From a virus (taxonomy: Duplodnaviria > Heunggongvirae > Uroviricota > Caudoviricetes): a stretch of DNA of 64,000 nt. Within the stretch, counting starts at the first letter, position 1. Every line of letters begins with the position of its first letter. The translations under genes and the position numbers were made by a program. The notes under the pieces are model-generated. The model had not been told where the DNA came from and made no database searches. It saw only the letters and a list, made by a program, of their open reading frames with translations. Below, piece by piece: positions 35,877 through 46,094 of this stretch. The DNA lies in IMG/VR virus record IMGVR_UViG_3300044970_001522, positions 86,278 to 150,277 of that record; one strand, written 5' to 3'.

Positions 35877-36320
35877 ATGGCTATTCTCAGACCGATTACA
35901 AAGTCTCAGTACGAAGTTAGCTTCGTAGCTCCTGACGGACCCACACTAATCGCCACGTTTACAAAATTCAGCGGAATCAAGGATTCCTCAAGTAGCAGTG
36001 ACTACGCCAATGGTACTGGTAACCGTATTTACAAAGTTGTAGGCCCCAAAAAGGTAGACAACATCTCCCTTTCTGCTCCGTACGATCCCACGATCTTCAA
36101 GCAGTTGGAAATTTACTGGTTGCAGTATAATTGCAGAGAAATCACAGTTACAGTCACTCCGAAAGACTGTGTTGGAAACGGATCAGCCCCTGCTGGCGGC
36201 CAATACACTTGCTACGGATGTCAGTTCATGTCTCTTAATACCGCCGATGTTGACCGTGAAAGCGGCAATGTTCAGGAAATTGAGATTCAACTAACCGTGA
36301 ACTCTTGGGACCGAACCTGA
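35877..36320 (+). CDS. tail tube protein (T4 gp19-like fold)
   Basis: FTKFSGI...NISLSAPYD...ADVDRESGNVQEIEIQLTV. Confidence 0.75.
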   Translation: MAILRPITKSQYEVSFVAPDGPTLIATFTKFSGIKDSSSSSDYANGTGNRIYKVVGPKKVDNISLSAPYDPTIFKQLEIYWLQYNCREITVTVTPKDCVGNGSAPAGGQYTCYGCQFMSLNTADVDRESGNVQEIEIQLTVNSWDRT

Positions 36321-36331
36321 TTCTCAACTCG

Positions 36332-36358
36332 AAAAGCCCCCTAACCGGGGCTTTTTTT
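36332..36358 (+). terminator. intrinsic terminator after tail tube gene
   Basis: AGCCCC-CTAACC-GGGGCT then T7. Confidence 0.85.
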
Positions 36359-36406
36359 GTGCCTACAAGAGGGTAAAACCTCTGTAAGAACGAACCTTAA
36401 GAAGAA

Positions 36407-36883
36407 ATGGCCAAAACTCTGTTTTCAAGTGGCGTTGTCGTAACAAGCGAGTGGCTAAATGGTGCAAGGAACATTGTTTTCGACGGCCAAGACCTTGACT
36501 GGCACTACGACCCCTTGGGTCTCGACGACCTTGAAAAAACAGGGCCTACAGGCTTAGACAGCCGCTACGTCACACTAACCACTGAGCAACCCACGTTGTC
36601 TGGCACCGGTCAACTTCTGTCTGGTATTCCGGTTTCCGGTTCAAAAGTTGTCACAGGGTACTGGGGATTCGGCTTTGACCCTGCTTCAAACCCCACACTC
36701 ACTCAGGACTATAACAAAGCTCCGAGAAGTTTTCTAACCAACCTTAAGTATAGCAACGCCAACGGCATCAACCCTTCCTCGGCTAGCCAGAAATTCGCAG
36801 CGTTAGCAGACGCAGACTTGGTAACGAAAAAAGTATTGTCCGACCAGCTCGACGCTCTTGTGGTGGATAACGGTACATACTGA
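36407..36883 (+). CDS. putative tail/baseplate structural protein
   Basis: KTLFSSGVVVTSEWLNG start; GGGTAAAA upstream; located in tail module. Confidence 0.6.
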   Translation: MAKTLFSSGVVVTSEWLNGARNIVFDGQDLDWHYDPLGLDDLEKTGPTGLDSRYVTLTTEQPTLSGTGQLLSGIPVSGSKVVTGYWGFGFDPASNPTLTQDYNKAPRSFLTNLKYSNANGINPSSASQKFAALADADLVTKKVLSDQLDALVVDNGTY

Positions 36884-36896
36884 ACGGAGAATCTAA

Positions 36897-39722
36897 ATGC
36901 CACGTTATTCACCGCTACCGTCGGTTTCCATTGACCCGCGCAATGAAGCTGACTTGGTCCAAGCAGCGGCTCAAACCGTTTACGAAGCGTCCAACAAAAC
37001 CCTTAACGACTTCAGTGCGGGAAACCCCCTAGCAGTCCTCCTTGAGGGGCAAGCTTTTGCTCAGGGGGAATTCTTGTACTGGGCCAACCAGCTCCCTGAC
37101 AAAATCCTCATCGAGTGGATCGGACCCTTTTTGGGGGCCATGAGAAGGCTTGGGACAACCTCAACAGCTGAGCTGGTAATTTCGGTCCCGCCAACAAAGA
37201 GCTCCACGGTTATTCCCGCAGGGTCCCTATTCTCTACGAACCCTCAGCTAACAGCAGGAGAAAGCTACGAGTTTGTTACAAGCTCCGACCTGGTGATTCC
37301 GCCTGGGGACCTCACCGGCAAAGTCCCCGTTTACTCTAAGTTTGTTGGCGCCGCCTACAATGTTCCCGCAAACTCAATCACCGGAACTTCCAACACAGGG
37401 ACACTCAACTTATCCGCAACAAACCCTCAACCGTCTGTCGGCGGAAGTGACGTCGAGACTTTTCAGGAAGTTCAGGAAAGGTTCTTCACTCTAATTCGCA
37501 GGAGAAACCCCGTCAGTGGGTCCGACTGGCAAGATTTTTTCACTGACTTATATGGCATAGGCACTTTGACATCTGTCCAGCCGAACCGCTCCAGCTTCTA
37601 CGGATACAACTACACACAAGACTACCTTCGCCCCAATGGGCAGGTGTCTTTTTTCGTGCTTGGGCCGAACGGTCAAGAACTTACAACTCAGCAACTGTCG
37701 CTGGGCCAAAACGCGGTAAATTTCTCTGTCCCGATTGAGAATCAAGGGCACCTATTCCCCATTACGCTAAGCCAAGTTCAGTACAACTTAACCGTTGAAG
37801 TGGACTCCAACGGGACTTTCGGGTCGAACTTTAAGGAGTCTGCACTCAATTTTCGAGACCGTCTCTTCTCAGTCTTAACTCCTGGGCAGGTTTTTCCTGC
37901 GAACGTGACTCCGACTGTGAGCGACATTGACGCAGCGTTCTACGCAACTTTCGACACGAACACAAGATTCAAAGATCCATCTGTAAAAGTATCGACCGCT
38001 TACAACACTCCGAACTCTCTCAATAAGGACGCGTCGGTATACACAAACATTTACGATTTTTCCGCGTCTGACAACCTGCTGGAAGAGGGCAACCTTATAC
38101 TCATTAATAACCCTGCACCGACTTTCTACCCGGTAGAGTCAAACTTTACACCCTACTCTTCAAACAAGAAGGATCAGACGATATACGGCAACCTTACGCT
38201 TAAACAGATTAGACCGCTAACCTCCGGGTCCTACTTCCTTGGTGACATAGTGTATCACGACGGCTCCGGTGATCCGGCCCAGCAAGGGTTGCACATCGTC
38301 CTAGAAAACTTAAGCATCGGTTCTTCTTCCACCGTTTCTTCTTACATTTTGAACGGGAAGATTTCCGCAGTGAAAACCTTTTCACCGTGGGTGGTTGGTA
38401 ACTCATACACCTACTCGTCTGGGGGTACAATAGACCCCGAAATTGTGGAGTATGACTACTCCCTAGGGGAGTTCGTTCCTCAAAGTCCCTCTGCAGTACC
38501 CCTAGGTAGTCGCACCGGGGGATTCGCCTGGCTGGTCTCAAAAAACTTCACTCTCAGCCCTTCTACCAACGATATTACTGGTGCTCAGGCAGAGTTTTTA
38601 GTCGGGCTTCCCGTGGTTCCTGCTCAGCTCACTGAAGGGTTGTCCTATGCCCAAGGAACGTGGGTTTCCACTCCCCAAGTGGGGGGAGGGCCCAATCCCG
38701 TTGTTGACCCTTACTACAACTACGTTGACTTAACAAAAGGCGCAATTGTGAAGTACGCCCGTGTAAATGCTGGTTTTACCTATAGTCCAAATCAGCTATC
38801 TGTTAAGGAGTACTTTAGTAATCTTGTTGATTCGGGAATCCTATCTGAGACTCTCGTTTTCGACGGGAACGGTGGATTACCTTTGTACAAGTATAAAGCT
38901 CGGTTCAAGCCAGGGCAGTACCTGTTGTATAAGGAAACTTCCTCTTCGCCAGCCACTTACTACGTTGCGTCTTCGCACTTCACCCCCAGTAGCACCAACA
39001 TACAAGATTTGCTTAGCGAGGGTTTGGTTTACAACCTTGCCCCCAACCCTGCACTTCAGACTCAATTGGCTTCCGAGCTAACAAACAACCCACTCCTGCG
39101 AAAATTTGACAGAATGTTCACCTTTTTTCAGGGTGATCGCACGTTCTTTCGAGAAGGTTCCGATGTGCAATCCTACACCGCCACCTCCGCAGTCACCCCC
39201 TTATTCGACTTTAGCATATACCTAAGTAACGGCGTGTTCGTAAAGTCTGAGGAATTCGGCCCATCCCTTCTCCCCGTAGACGACTACATTCCTTACTTCA
39301 ACCCTGCTTACCTAAATGCCACGGAAGACACGATCTTGAGTGAAGACGGTCGGAACTATTACAGAGTCATGAAGTCATTCACACCCCAGAAAACAGTAAC
39401 GAACTGGTCCGGCTTACCCGCCGACAACACTGCGAGGTACGAAGAGTACGCGGGCAACTTACTACGGTACGTAGTTTCCTATCGCTGTGAAGAGCCGGTG
39501 CTGTCCCAGTACGGTGTGGAAACATCTTCGATTAAGCTTGGATCCTGCCAAATAACTGTTGTTCCTCGGAACTCCGGAAGGAACTTTAGCTCGTCACCAA
39601 GTTTAACATACGTGTGGGAAAACACCTCAACCTTGAGTCAAATTCCCGACTTATCCTGGTACACGGGAACAACTTTTGCACTTAGCCCGCCGAACTACGG
39701 AGAGGGGACGTTAGCGCTATGA
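36897..39722 (+). CDS. baseplate J-like protein with long C-terminal extension
   Basis: LNDFSAGNPLAVLLEG, VIPAGSLFST, SVGGSDVETF...RRRNPVS..DW. Confidence 0.85.
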   Translation: MPRYSPLPSVSIDPRNEADLVQAAAQTVYEASNKTLNDFSAGNPLAVLLEGQAFAQGEFLYWANQLPDKILIEWIGPFLGAMRRLGTTSTAELVISVPPTKSSTVIPAGSLFSTNPQLTAGESYEFVTSSDLVIPPGDLTGKVPVYSKFVGAAYNVPANSITGTSNTGTLNLSATNPQPSVGGSDVETFQEVQERFFTLIRRRNPVSGSDWQDFFTDLYGIGTLTSVQPNRSSFYGYNYTQDYLRPNGQVSFFVLGPNGQELTTQQLSLGQNAVNFSVPIENQGHLFPITLSQVQYNLTVEVDSNGTFGSNFKESALNFRDRLFSVLTPGQVFPANVTPTVSDIDAAFYATFDTNTRFKDPSVKVSTAYNTPNSLNKDASVYTNIYDFSASDNLLEEGNLILINNPAPTFYPVESNFTPYSSNKKDQTIYGNLTLKQIRPLTSGSYFLGDIVYHDGSGDPAQQGLHIVLENLSIGSSSTVSSYILNGKISAVKTFSPWVVGNSYTYSSGGTIDPEIVEYDYSLGEFVPQSPSAVPLGSRTGGFAWLVSKNFTLSPSTNDITGAQAEFLVGLPVVPAQLTEGLSYAQGTWVSTPQVGGGPNPVVDPYYNYVDLTKGAIVKYARVNAGFTYSPNQLSVKEYFSNLVDSGILSETLVFDGNGGLPLYKYKARFKPGQYLLYKETSSSPATYYVASSHFTPSSTNIQDLLSEGLVYNLAPNPALQTQLASELTNNPLLRKFDRMFTFFQGDRTFFREGSDVQSYTATSAVTPLFDFSIYLSNGVFVKSEEFGPSLLPVDDYIPYFNPAYLNATEDTILSEDGRNYYRVMKSFTPQKTVTNWSGLPADNTARYEEYAGNLLRYVVSYRCEEPVLSQYGVETSSIKLGSCQITVVPRNSGRNFSSSPSLTYVWENTSTLSQIPDLSWYTGTTFALSPPNYGEGTLAL

Positions 39723-40993
39723 GTCAAAATCTGGTCGCATTGAACGGGGGGACTGCGCAAATTGAAACATCTTCCACTTTCGAGCAGGGTGTGAACCTTT
39801 CCCCCCAGTACGTGGATGCGCTTAAACTCAACCCGCACCCCACTGAGTGGGTTGAAAACGGGAGGCCAATCTACGCACGTTTACCGTCGGCTTCGCAGCT
39901 TTACAAACTGGACTTCGGACTCGACGACGAGTTTGCCTACACTTACCTTCCCGTGGGCGATGGCCGCACGGGAACAGGGTCGCTTCAGGTTCAGTCTTCC
40001 GGGGAGAACAAGTTCCTGACAGTTCAGTCCGGAGTTGTGGTTTGGAAGTATGGGAGCTTAACGGTTGACCCTGCGATTATAAGCTTGGAAGAAATGGAAA
40101 TGGTAAGTACGAAGTATCTTCTGGCCTACCAACTTTATTACGACGACTCACCCTTTGTCGCTGAGTACTCTGCCAATAAATTTTCCTTATCTGGATACGA
40201 CATAAGAGTAGAAAGTAGCACAGATGCTGTGCCAGGGTGGAGGTACAGTCCCGCTTTTGCTTTCACAGACCTTGAGTCTCAAGCGTGGAGAAACTTTGAC
40301 GGTGTGTTTCCGTCTTACACTGGACAACCGTACTTGTCGTGGCAAAGTCCGCATCCCGCCGCTTACACCGAAATTGAACTACGGTGCCCTGGCGGCTCTT
40401 CGGTAACTGGCTCAGCGTCGCTCTATGTGTCGTCCAGCTCCCCTGCAAGCGACGACGATCTCTACAGCTCAAACCCGGTTTGGGTCTTACAAGGTTCTTC
40501 TGACGTTGCGTCCGACGTTAACGGGCAGTACTTCAAATTTTCAATCCCGGAACCCTCGTACAACCGTGGGTGGAAAGTAGTATGGACGGATACCAAAGTG
40601 GCGATCAATCGGGTGCTTGTGAGTGGTACCCTGTCCTTGCTTAGAAAGCCCGCAGCAGCAACCTCCGTCATCAACCTAGTTGCTTATCCTGAAAACAGCG
40701 TACCGAAAACCGTTAGGAACAGCACAGGAAAGGAAGTACCTGTCACTCTGTGCAAACTGGCCTACGTGAGTATTGACGGGGCTTACCGTGTTGAAAAGAT
40801 CACAGACCTGAGAGAGGTGGTTCACACAGACCACCAGCCCCTGGCTGATTGGCTTACACGTGCCCTGGATACAAATCTTATCAGCCTGTTCTCACAGGTG
40901 AAAGGGTACTCTTCTGTGTGGATGAGCCCGCAAAACTGCATGAGACATGAGTACGCCACTTTGCAGAACAATCTTGTAGCAGTGAAGGAGTGA
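39719..40993 (+). CDS. putative baseplate/tail structural protein
   Basis: 424-aa beta-rich ORF translationally coupled to baseplate J. Confidence 0.6.
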   Translation: MSQNLVALNGGTAQIETSSTFEQGVNLSPQYVDALKLNPHPTEWVENGRPIYARLPSASQLYKLDFGLDDEFAYTYLPVGDGRTGTGSLQVQSSGENKFLTVQSGVVVWKYGSLTVDPAIISLEEMEMVSTKYLLAYQLYYDDSPFVAEYSANKFSLSGYDIRVESSTDAVPGWRYSPAFAFTDLESQAWRNFDGVFPSYTGQPYLSWQSPHPAAYTEIELRCPGGSSVTGSASLYVSSSSPASDDDLYSSNPVWVLQGSSDVASDVNGQYFKFSIPEPSYNRGWKVVWTDTKVAINRVLVSGTLSLLRKPAAATSVINLVAYPENSVPKTVRNSTGKEVPVTLCKLAYVSIDGAYRVEKITDLREVVHTDHQPLADWLTRALDTNLISLFSQVKGYSSVWMSPQNCMRHEYATLQNNLVAVKE

Positions 40994-40994
40994 A

Positions 40995-43052
40995 ATGACC
41001 GACTTAAACCCCTCGTTCAGTATTAGTGACTTTGAGGACTACGGAACCACAAACCTTTACCTGACCGCCGAGCAACTCAACTCAGTGGCTCTAACCGAGA
41101 GCCGCGTAAACGACCAACTTGACTGGCTCGCTCAGCTTTTGGGCTGGAGCGGTCCTGAATACTGGGCCAACCTAGCCTCGACAGTCTCCCAAAAGCGAAA
41201 CCTTTTGACGGGGTCCTTTGGTGTGTACGACGGGTACATTCACCCGGAAGTTGTCGAAGTTCACAACTGGGACGGCACAGTAATTATAAAGGCAGACCCA
41301 CGATTACAGGCGGGCCAGACCTTTTACTTGGGGGACTTTTCGTACCTTTTGGCGGATGTGTCCCAAGACGGCACCAACTATGTCCTAACCTTCGAAGGTT
41401 TGGGAGAGCAGTTCTTCACTGATCTCTCGGAAAATAAGCAGCTTAAGGTGATAGCTCCTGGCGCTCTGCCCAGCCCATTCTTTCGCCCCGAGCCTGGCTC
41501 GACCGCCGACGCTTCCTTCCTCTGCGAAGTCCAGGGGTCCGACCTTGTCCTGTTCCCGAAGTACAACACAGCGAGGACAATACCTTACAAGTTTAACACA
41601 TTTTTAGCGGGTGCACGGTACTTTTTCAGCCTCCCTGTAACTTTCACCACCTCTTCAGTATCAATTGACCCGACCTACGACTTTTCGAGGGAGAGTTGGT
41701 ACCTTGATATTCCCTCAGATCTTTCCTCTAACGGGGTCGGGCTCGAAGGAGAGCTAACGTACGAAAGTTCCACCTTGCGAGTGAGGGTATCCCCTTGGTC
41801 AAACCCTTCTGACTGGGCCACTCGAGAAAAGATCGATAACTTTTACGGAGTATGGTCGAACAAAGGTGGAAGGTTGCCCTTTAACTTTGTTTTTGATGCC
41901 CTAGGTATCCACGGGTTTGACGAAAGGGTCTCTGTCCATACGAGCGCTGTCGACAAGTACGTAAGTTTTTCCGATGTCTTGGCTTACATAGAAAGTGAGA
42001 ACGGTGGGCCAGTTCCTGACTTCGGGAGCTTTGGCGCAGCTGTAATTCACTGTGACGGAGAGAGGGTCTTTGAAGGAGTTTCTCACGTCTCCGACAACTT
42101 TCAGTTTCTGTACGATATTGACTCCCCATCTCAAACTTTCCGCTTTGTTTACACAGGTTCTGTGGGAGAGCCCGTAATAAGCATATCTGACTCTCTAGCA
42201 TCCAGTTTCAACTGCAAAATATCCAACCTCGTACTCAGTGGCCGCACTCACTACATGTCTCCGAATGTGGAAGATAGCGGGACCCTCTTAAGGCCATGGA
42301 AAAGTGAAGCTTTGCAGGTAATTAGCTCTCCAAGCGAACTTGAGCTTCTTCGGAGCCCTAACTCTCTTCGGGCCGACACAAACCACGGGCCCAGTGACCC
42401 GAACTGGGAGCGGTACTTTGTGCGCCTTCCACCTGAGTATGGAAGAAACGATAGTACATGGCAAAAGGTAAACCTTGTGTGCAAGAATTTCGGGTACTGG
42501 GGCTCGTCGCTCAACCCTGAGAAAATGTCGTGCCCCCCGGAACAGTCAGAGCCGCTCGTGTACGAACAAGTGGTTTTGTACGGTGGTGAAAAAGGGTTGA
42601 TACCGTTTTTGTACTCGGAACCTTACCTGTTCTCAGACATTTTGTACGGCCAAGGGACGTCGGACGACTACGACAATTCGGATATTGCCCCTGGTTTTGA
42701 CACTCCCTACGACGACTTTGATGAGGCCGAGCTTGTGAGCTACGACCTTCTTCATAATCGCACAGTAAACACATCCTTGCCTGGGGAGACTTACGGTGAC
42801 TGGGACGGGGAGTACTTACGCTCGCCTTCCTCTGAGAACTTACGTGGCTTTCTTGTCAACGACCTCAAGGAAGAAACACTCGAAGTCGTTCCAGCACCAT
42901 TGTGGGACGCGAGCATTTATAAGTATCCGCCAGTCTGCAAAGATGGGGGTGCCTCGTCAACTGTCGACGCGAACCACTACAAAGTGGGGTACTCACTATT
43001 TGCAGCCGATCTGTCTGCGTCAGAAGAAGGCGTTTTCGACTTTGAGACTTGA
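40995..43052 (+). CDS. putative baseplate/tail structural protein
   Basis: 685-aa ORF; LDWLAQLLGW motif reminiscent of tail protein I / baseplate wedge. Confidence 0.6.
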   Translation: MTDLNPSFSISDFEDYGTTNLYLTAEQLNSVALTESRVNDQLDWLAQLLGWSGPEYWANLASTVSQKRNLLTGSFGVYDGYIHPEVVEVHNWDGTVIIKADPRLQAGQTFYLGDFSYLLADVSQDGTNYVLTFEGLGEQFFTDLSENKQLKVIAPGALPSPFFRPEPGSTADASFLCEVQGSDLVLFPKYNTARTIPYKFNTFLAGARYFFSLPVTFTTSSVSIDPTYDFSRESWYLDIPSDLSSNGVGLEGELTYESSTLRVRVSPWSNPSDWATREKIDNFYGVWSNKGGRLPFNFVFDALGIHGFDERVSVHTSAVDKYVSFSDVLAYIESENGGPVPDFGSFGAAVIHCDGERVFEGVSHVSDNFQFLYDIDSPSQTFRFVYTGSVGEPVISISDSLASSFNCKISNLVLSGRTHYMSPNVEDSGTLLRPWKSEALQVISSPSELELLRSPNSLRADTNHGPSDPNWERYFVRLPPEYGRNDSTWQKVNLVCKNFGYWGSSLNPEKMSCPPEQSEPLVYEQVVLYGGEKGLIPFLYSEPYLFSDILYGQGTSDDYDNSDIAPGFDTPYDDFDEAELVSYDLLHNRTVNTSLPGETYGDWDGEYLRSPSSENLRGFLVNDLKEETLEVVPAPLWDASIYKYPPVCKDGGASSTVDANHYKVGYSLFAADLSASEEGVFDFET

Positions 43053-43082
43053 CGGGTAAAAACTCTTAGCTACCTCACTGAA

Positions 43083-43358
43083 ATGACCACACGAAGAAAA
43101 AGTACTCCCGACACAGAAACAGTTCCCCCAGATAACACCGAGGAGACAACCACTGTGACAACTGCACCTGAACACCCTATCGAGGAACTAGGCGAGTCTC
43201 ACCTGGAGCCTCACCAGGAAATCCCTCAGGAGGACCACCCTGAAGCAAGCTCTGAGGCGCCCCCTGTGAAAGAAGCAGAGGCGGCACTACGACCACCCGC
43301 ACTCGCTAAGCGACTACCGTCAAAAAACACTCCGAAGTTTTCCCTCAAGATACGGTAA
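43083..43358 (+). CDS. small acidic/Pro-rich hypothetical protein
   Basis: Preceded by GGGTAAAA. Confidence 0.55.
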   Translation: MTTRRKSTPDTETVPPDNTEETTTVTTAPEHPIEELGESHLEPHQEIPQEDHPEASSEAPPVKEAEAALRPPALAKRLPSKNTPKFSLKIR

Positions 43359-43361
43359 ACT

Positions 43362-44558
43362 ATGGCCCAAAGCCTGAGAAACATTCCATGGATTCGACAA
43401 CAGGCCGAGATGGCGAAAGCCATCGAAGCCAACGCGAGGTACGCCGGGTCACCCAGGGGAACTGTTCGTGGAACGATAATTAGTGTTGAGGACCCTGAAG
43501 ACTTGGGAAGAGTCAAGGTGCTGTTCGACGCCATGAACCCTCAGGACATTCCTTCAGTCGAAGGTGCTGGGGAGTTTTCTCTACCAAGACCAGGAGAGTC
43601 AAGCAACTTGTCACACTGGCTCGATGTTTCCCCGGCTTTCAAGGGAAAGCAGCCGAAGACACTCGAAGGAAAGAGAGTGAATATTTCTCTGAGCAACGGG
43701 GAGTACCACTATGCAGTTTTGCAAGACGTACTGTACGACCCTCAGAATTTAACCGACGGCTCTCAGCAAGCTCTACAGATTCCGAGCAACAGCACAATGA
43801 CTCGGCTGCCGATATACGAAGCTGGCGGTCTGCCCCCGGCATGCAAGGAGAACCACGGTTGCACTGTTGTTGAAGAAAACGGTCCAATGAACTCAGATTG
43901 GGTGTGTATTTGTCTGAAGAGAGACGGACAGTACATTTGGGTAAGGCACGCAGATTTGGCGCACGGGCACGCAGGCGGAAACGATGTTACATCGCAGGTT
44001 GACTCTGCTGGAAATCGTCTCAGCCCTGGACAAATGGCTGCAACATACGACCACGTCTTTGTTACAAGTCATCAGGAAATGAAAAAAGAGGGGCGAACCG
44101 GGTACTCTACTGCTCCTGCGGGAAACCCTTGGGGATCTGCTGCAGCGTGGGCACCGCCCCCGATGAGCACGATACAAGCGTTCAAGTTTGTGGAAGGGCC
44201 TTTGTTCAGCCAAGACACTGCCCTTAGCTTTGCACGAAATTCTGGGTTTATCGATAATATTACCGGGTCGTTCATAACCACCTACAACCCTGAAATTCTT
44301 GCTGCAGTCGAGAGTGTCCCAGGGTCGAATTTTACGAAGACAGCGATTCAGCAAGCACAAAAAGTTCTAAACTTCTCAGAAGTTCTTAGAAAAGTCATAG
44401 CAGACCCCACCGACTTTGTGAAAAATGCGGCAGAGAAGTCGCTGCCGTCCTATGTTCCGGGTGCCACCAAGTTTGTCATCTCGACGCTTCAGAACCCTGC
44501 GGCAACAATAAAAACTGTTTTCTCTAAGCTACCCTCCTTACCAAACCCATTCAAATGA
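43362..44558 (+). CDS. baseplate spike/hub protein (gpV/gp5 OB-fold-like)
   Basis: RGTIISVEDPEDLGRVKVLF OB-fold start. Confidence 0.75.
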   Translation: MAQSLRNIPWIRQQAEMAKAIEANARYAGSPRGTVRGTIISVEDPEDLGRVKVLFDAMNPQDIPSVEGAGEFSLPRPGESSNLSHWLDVSPAFKGKQPKTLEGKRVNISLSNGEYHYAVLQDVLYDPQNLTDGSQQALQIPSNSTMTRLPIYEAGGLPPACKENHGCTVVEENGPMNSDWVCICLKRDGQYIWVRHADLAHGHAGGNDVTSQVDSAGNRLSPGQMAATYDHVFVTSHQEMKKEGRTGYSTAPAGNPWGSAAAWAPPPMSTIQAFKFVEGPLFSQDTALSFARNSGFIDNITGSFITTYNPEILAAVESVPGSNFTKTAIQQAQKVLNFSEVLRKVIADPTDFVKNAAEKSLPSYVPGATKFVISTLQNPAATIKTVFSKLPSLPNPFK

Positions 44559-44926
44559 CTTTCACCGAGGATTACGACCCAGGCTTTGTCAACTCTCCGG
44601 GGTTCGGCCAGAGTGCTACAAACCCATTGGCACCAGTGTTCTACAAATCCCTCGGAGTCGTTGAGAACCTTTGCGTGTATGACTCTATTTACGCGGCCAA
44701 CTCTGTAAGTGCCCACGTTTCTTTCTCCATCGGGAAAAGCTTCCTGAGTCAGGAAAGATTCTTTGTTGCGGTACCCACAACTTTTCTTGAGCCGGTAACT
44801 TGCGAACAGGACCTGAGAGTCGAGGCGATAACCAACACGGACCGACTCATTGTGGACGGAAAGGAGTACCGAGACCGGGTAATTGTGGGGAGAAATGGAA
44901 CTTTTCATGCATTGGTGAGGGTCTAA
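44555..44926 (+). CDS. hypothetical structural protein
   Basis: ATGA overlap with the spike gene. Confidence 0.6.
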   Translation: MTFTEDYDPGFVNSPGFGQSATNPLAPVFYKSLGVVENLCVYDSIYAANSVSAHVSFSIGKSFLSQERFFVAVPTTFLEPVTCEQDLRVEAITNTDRLIVDGKEYRDRVIVGRNGTFHALVRV

Positions 44927-45336
44927 TGGCAGTACGTCGTCCTTCTGTCTATCGCCAAGGGGGATTTATCTTTCAGGACTTCTTGTACTTTCAGGACGGG
45001 GCAAGTGAGCTGCGGTATGTCCTAGGAAAGTATGATGGGGAGCCCTACGAGTCCGTTGCTCAAACTTTCGATTACCCCGCACCAGGTTTAAGGGGAGGGA
45101 GCATAGTATCCCGAATAGACTACACAGTGAGCGGTAAGTTGCTCACGATTGACAGTTGGGAAGTCAACTGGAGAGATGAGTGGCCTCTTCGACTGGCCTT
45201 TCAGTTCCTTGCAAATTGTCTGTACTCCGCAGCTCGAGGGTACTCGGTACGAGTCCATAAGGATGTCTACTCGTTCTGGGTGTCCGAGAATCTCTTTCCC
45301 GTGTCAAACGATCCGAAAGATTTCCTGCTGCGTTGA
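44926..45336 (+). CDS. hypothetical protein (start ATG 44926 within track ORF 44800-45336)
   Basis: MAVRRPSVYRQGGFIFQDF..., coupled to the upstream stop. Confidence 0.6.
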   Translation: MAVRRPSVYRQGGFIFQDFLYFQDGASELRYVLGKYDGEPYESVAQTFDYPAPGLRGGSIVSRIDYTVSGKLLTIDSWEVNWRDEWPLRLAFQFLANCLYSAARGYSVRVHKDVYSFWVSENLFPVSNDPKDFLLR

Positions 45337-45414
45337 CTACCTAGACCTGGTCCGCAAAGGGTAAAATAAAAAGACGGGGTGAAAACACTCCCTGAAATTT
45401 TCACAACATCAGAC

Positions 45415-45617
45415 ATGAATAAACTCGACCACTGTTACCTCGAAGCCCTTTCTGAAGCACTAAAAGGTAACCTTGGAGAGGCTTTAGAACTCCGCAATGA
45501 AGCGGATGCGTTAGCATCCGAAGGTTTCTCCTTCTCTGAAAATTACGGGAACAAATACCCATTCATTGAAGAGGCTGTAAATACCCTGATTAATTCGTAC
45601 GAATTCACACGCTGCGT
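45415..45617 (+). repeat. about 200-nt dispersed repeat, copy 1 (copy 2 at 59004-59206)
   Basis: ctcgaccactgttacctcgaagccctttctgaagcact...gctttagaactccgcaatgaagcggatgcgttagcatccgaaggtttctccttctctga is shared nearly verbatim. Confidence 0.92.
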
Positions 45618-46026
45618 GAAACCGTCCGGTGAAGCGTACGGAACAGCGGGGCAGTGCAGAAAAGGAACTGAAGAAGCTAAACCGGTAAAGGCGACTTCTC
45701 CCGCCAGGCGAACCAAGGTAGAAAGAGACATGGCTGCCCAAGCCACTCTCAAAAGACTCGCAGCCAAAGGTCCGGATACTTCCGAAAGAAAGCAGGGTGA
45801 CAGGGTAGTGGTCAGTAAGGGGTCTGAGTTCAAGGCTGTTCTACACCCCGAGCACCAAACTGCCCTTGGAAAGTTAAAGGAGGGGGAAAGGTTCAAATTT
45901 GAGGACGAAAGTGGCACCCATTGGTCGGCGACACGGTCCGGAAATAGTATACGCTTAGAGGGGGGAGATACAAGGCATGGCAGCAAACCTTACAAAATGT
46001 CAATGGGTAGGGACAAACTGATGTGA
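45415..46026 (+). CDS. putative head-internal protein, paralogue of 59004-59990
   Basis: Shared N-terminal leader plus RCVKPSGEAYGTAGQCRKG module, basic C-terminus. Confidence 0.7.
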   Translation: MNKLDHCYLEALSEALKGNLGEALELRNEADALASEGFSFSENYGNKYPFIEEAVNTLINSYEFTRCVKPSGEAYGTAGQCRKGTEEAKPVKATSPARRTKVERDMAAQATLKRLAAKGPDTSERKQGDRVVVSKGSEFKAVLHPEHQTALGKLKEGERFKFEDESGTHWSATRSGNSIRLEGGDTRHGSKPYKMSMGRDKLM

Positions 46027-46094
46027 GGTAGCTTTCGTGGGGCTCCTGCTTTTCTTGGGCAGCAGGGTAAAACCTTGTACAAGGGAAGAGCCGA

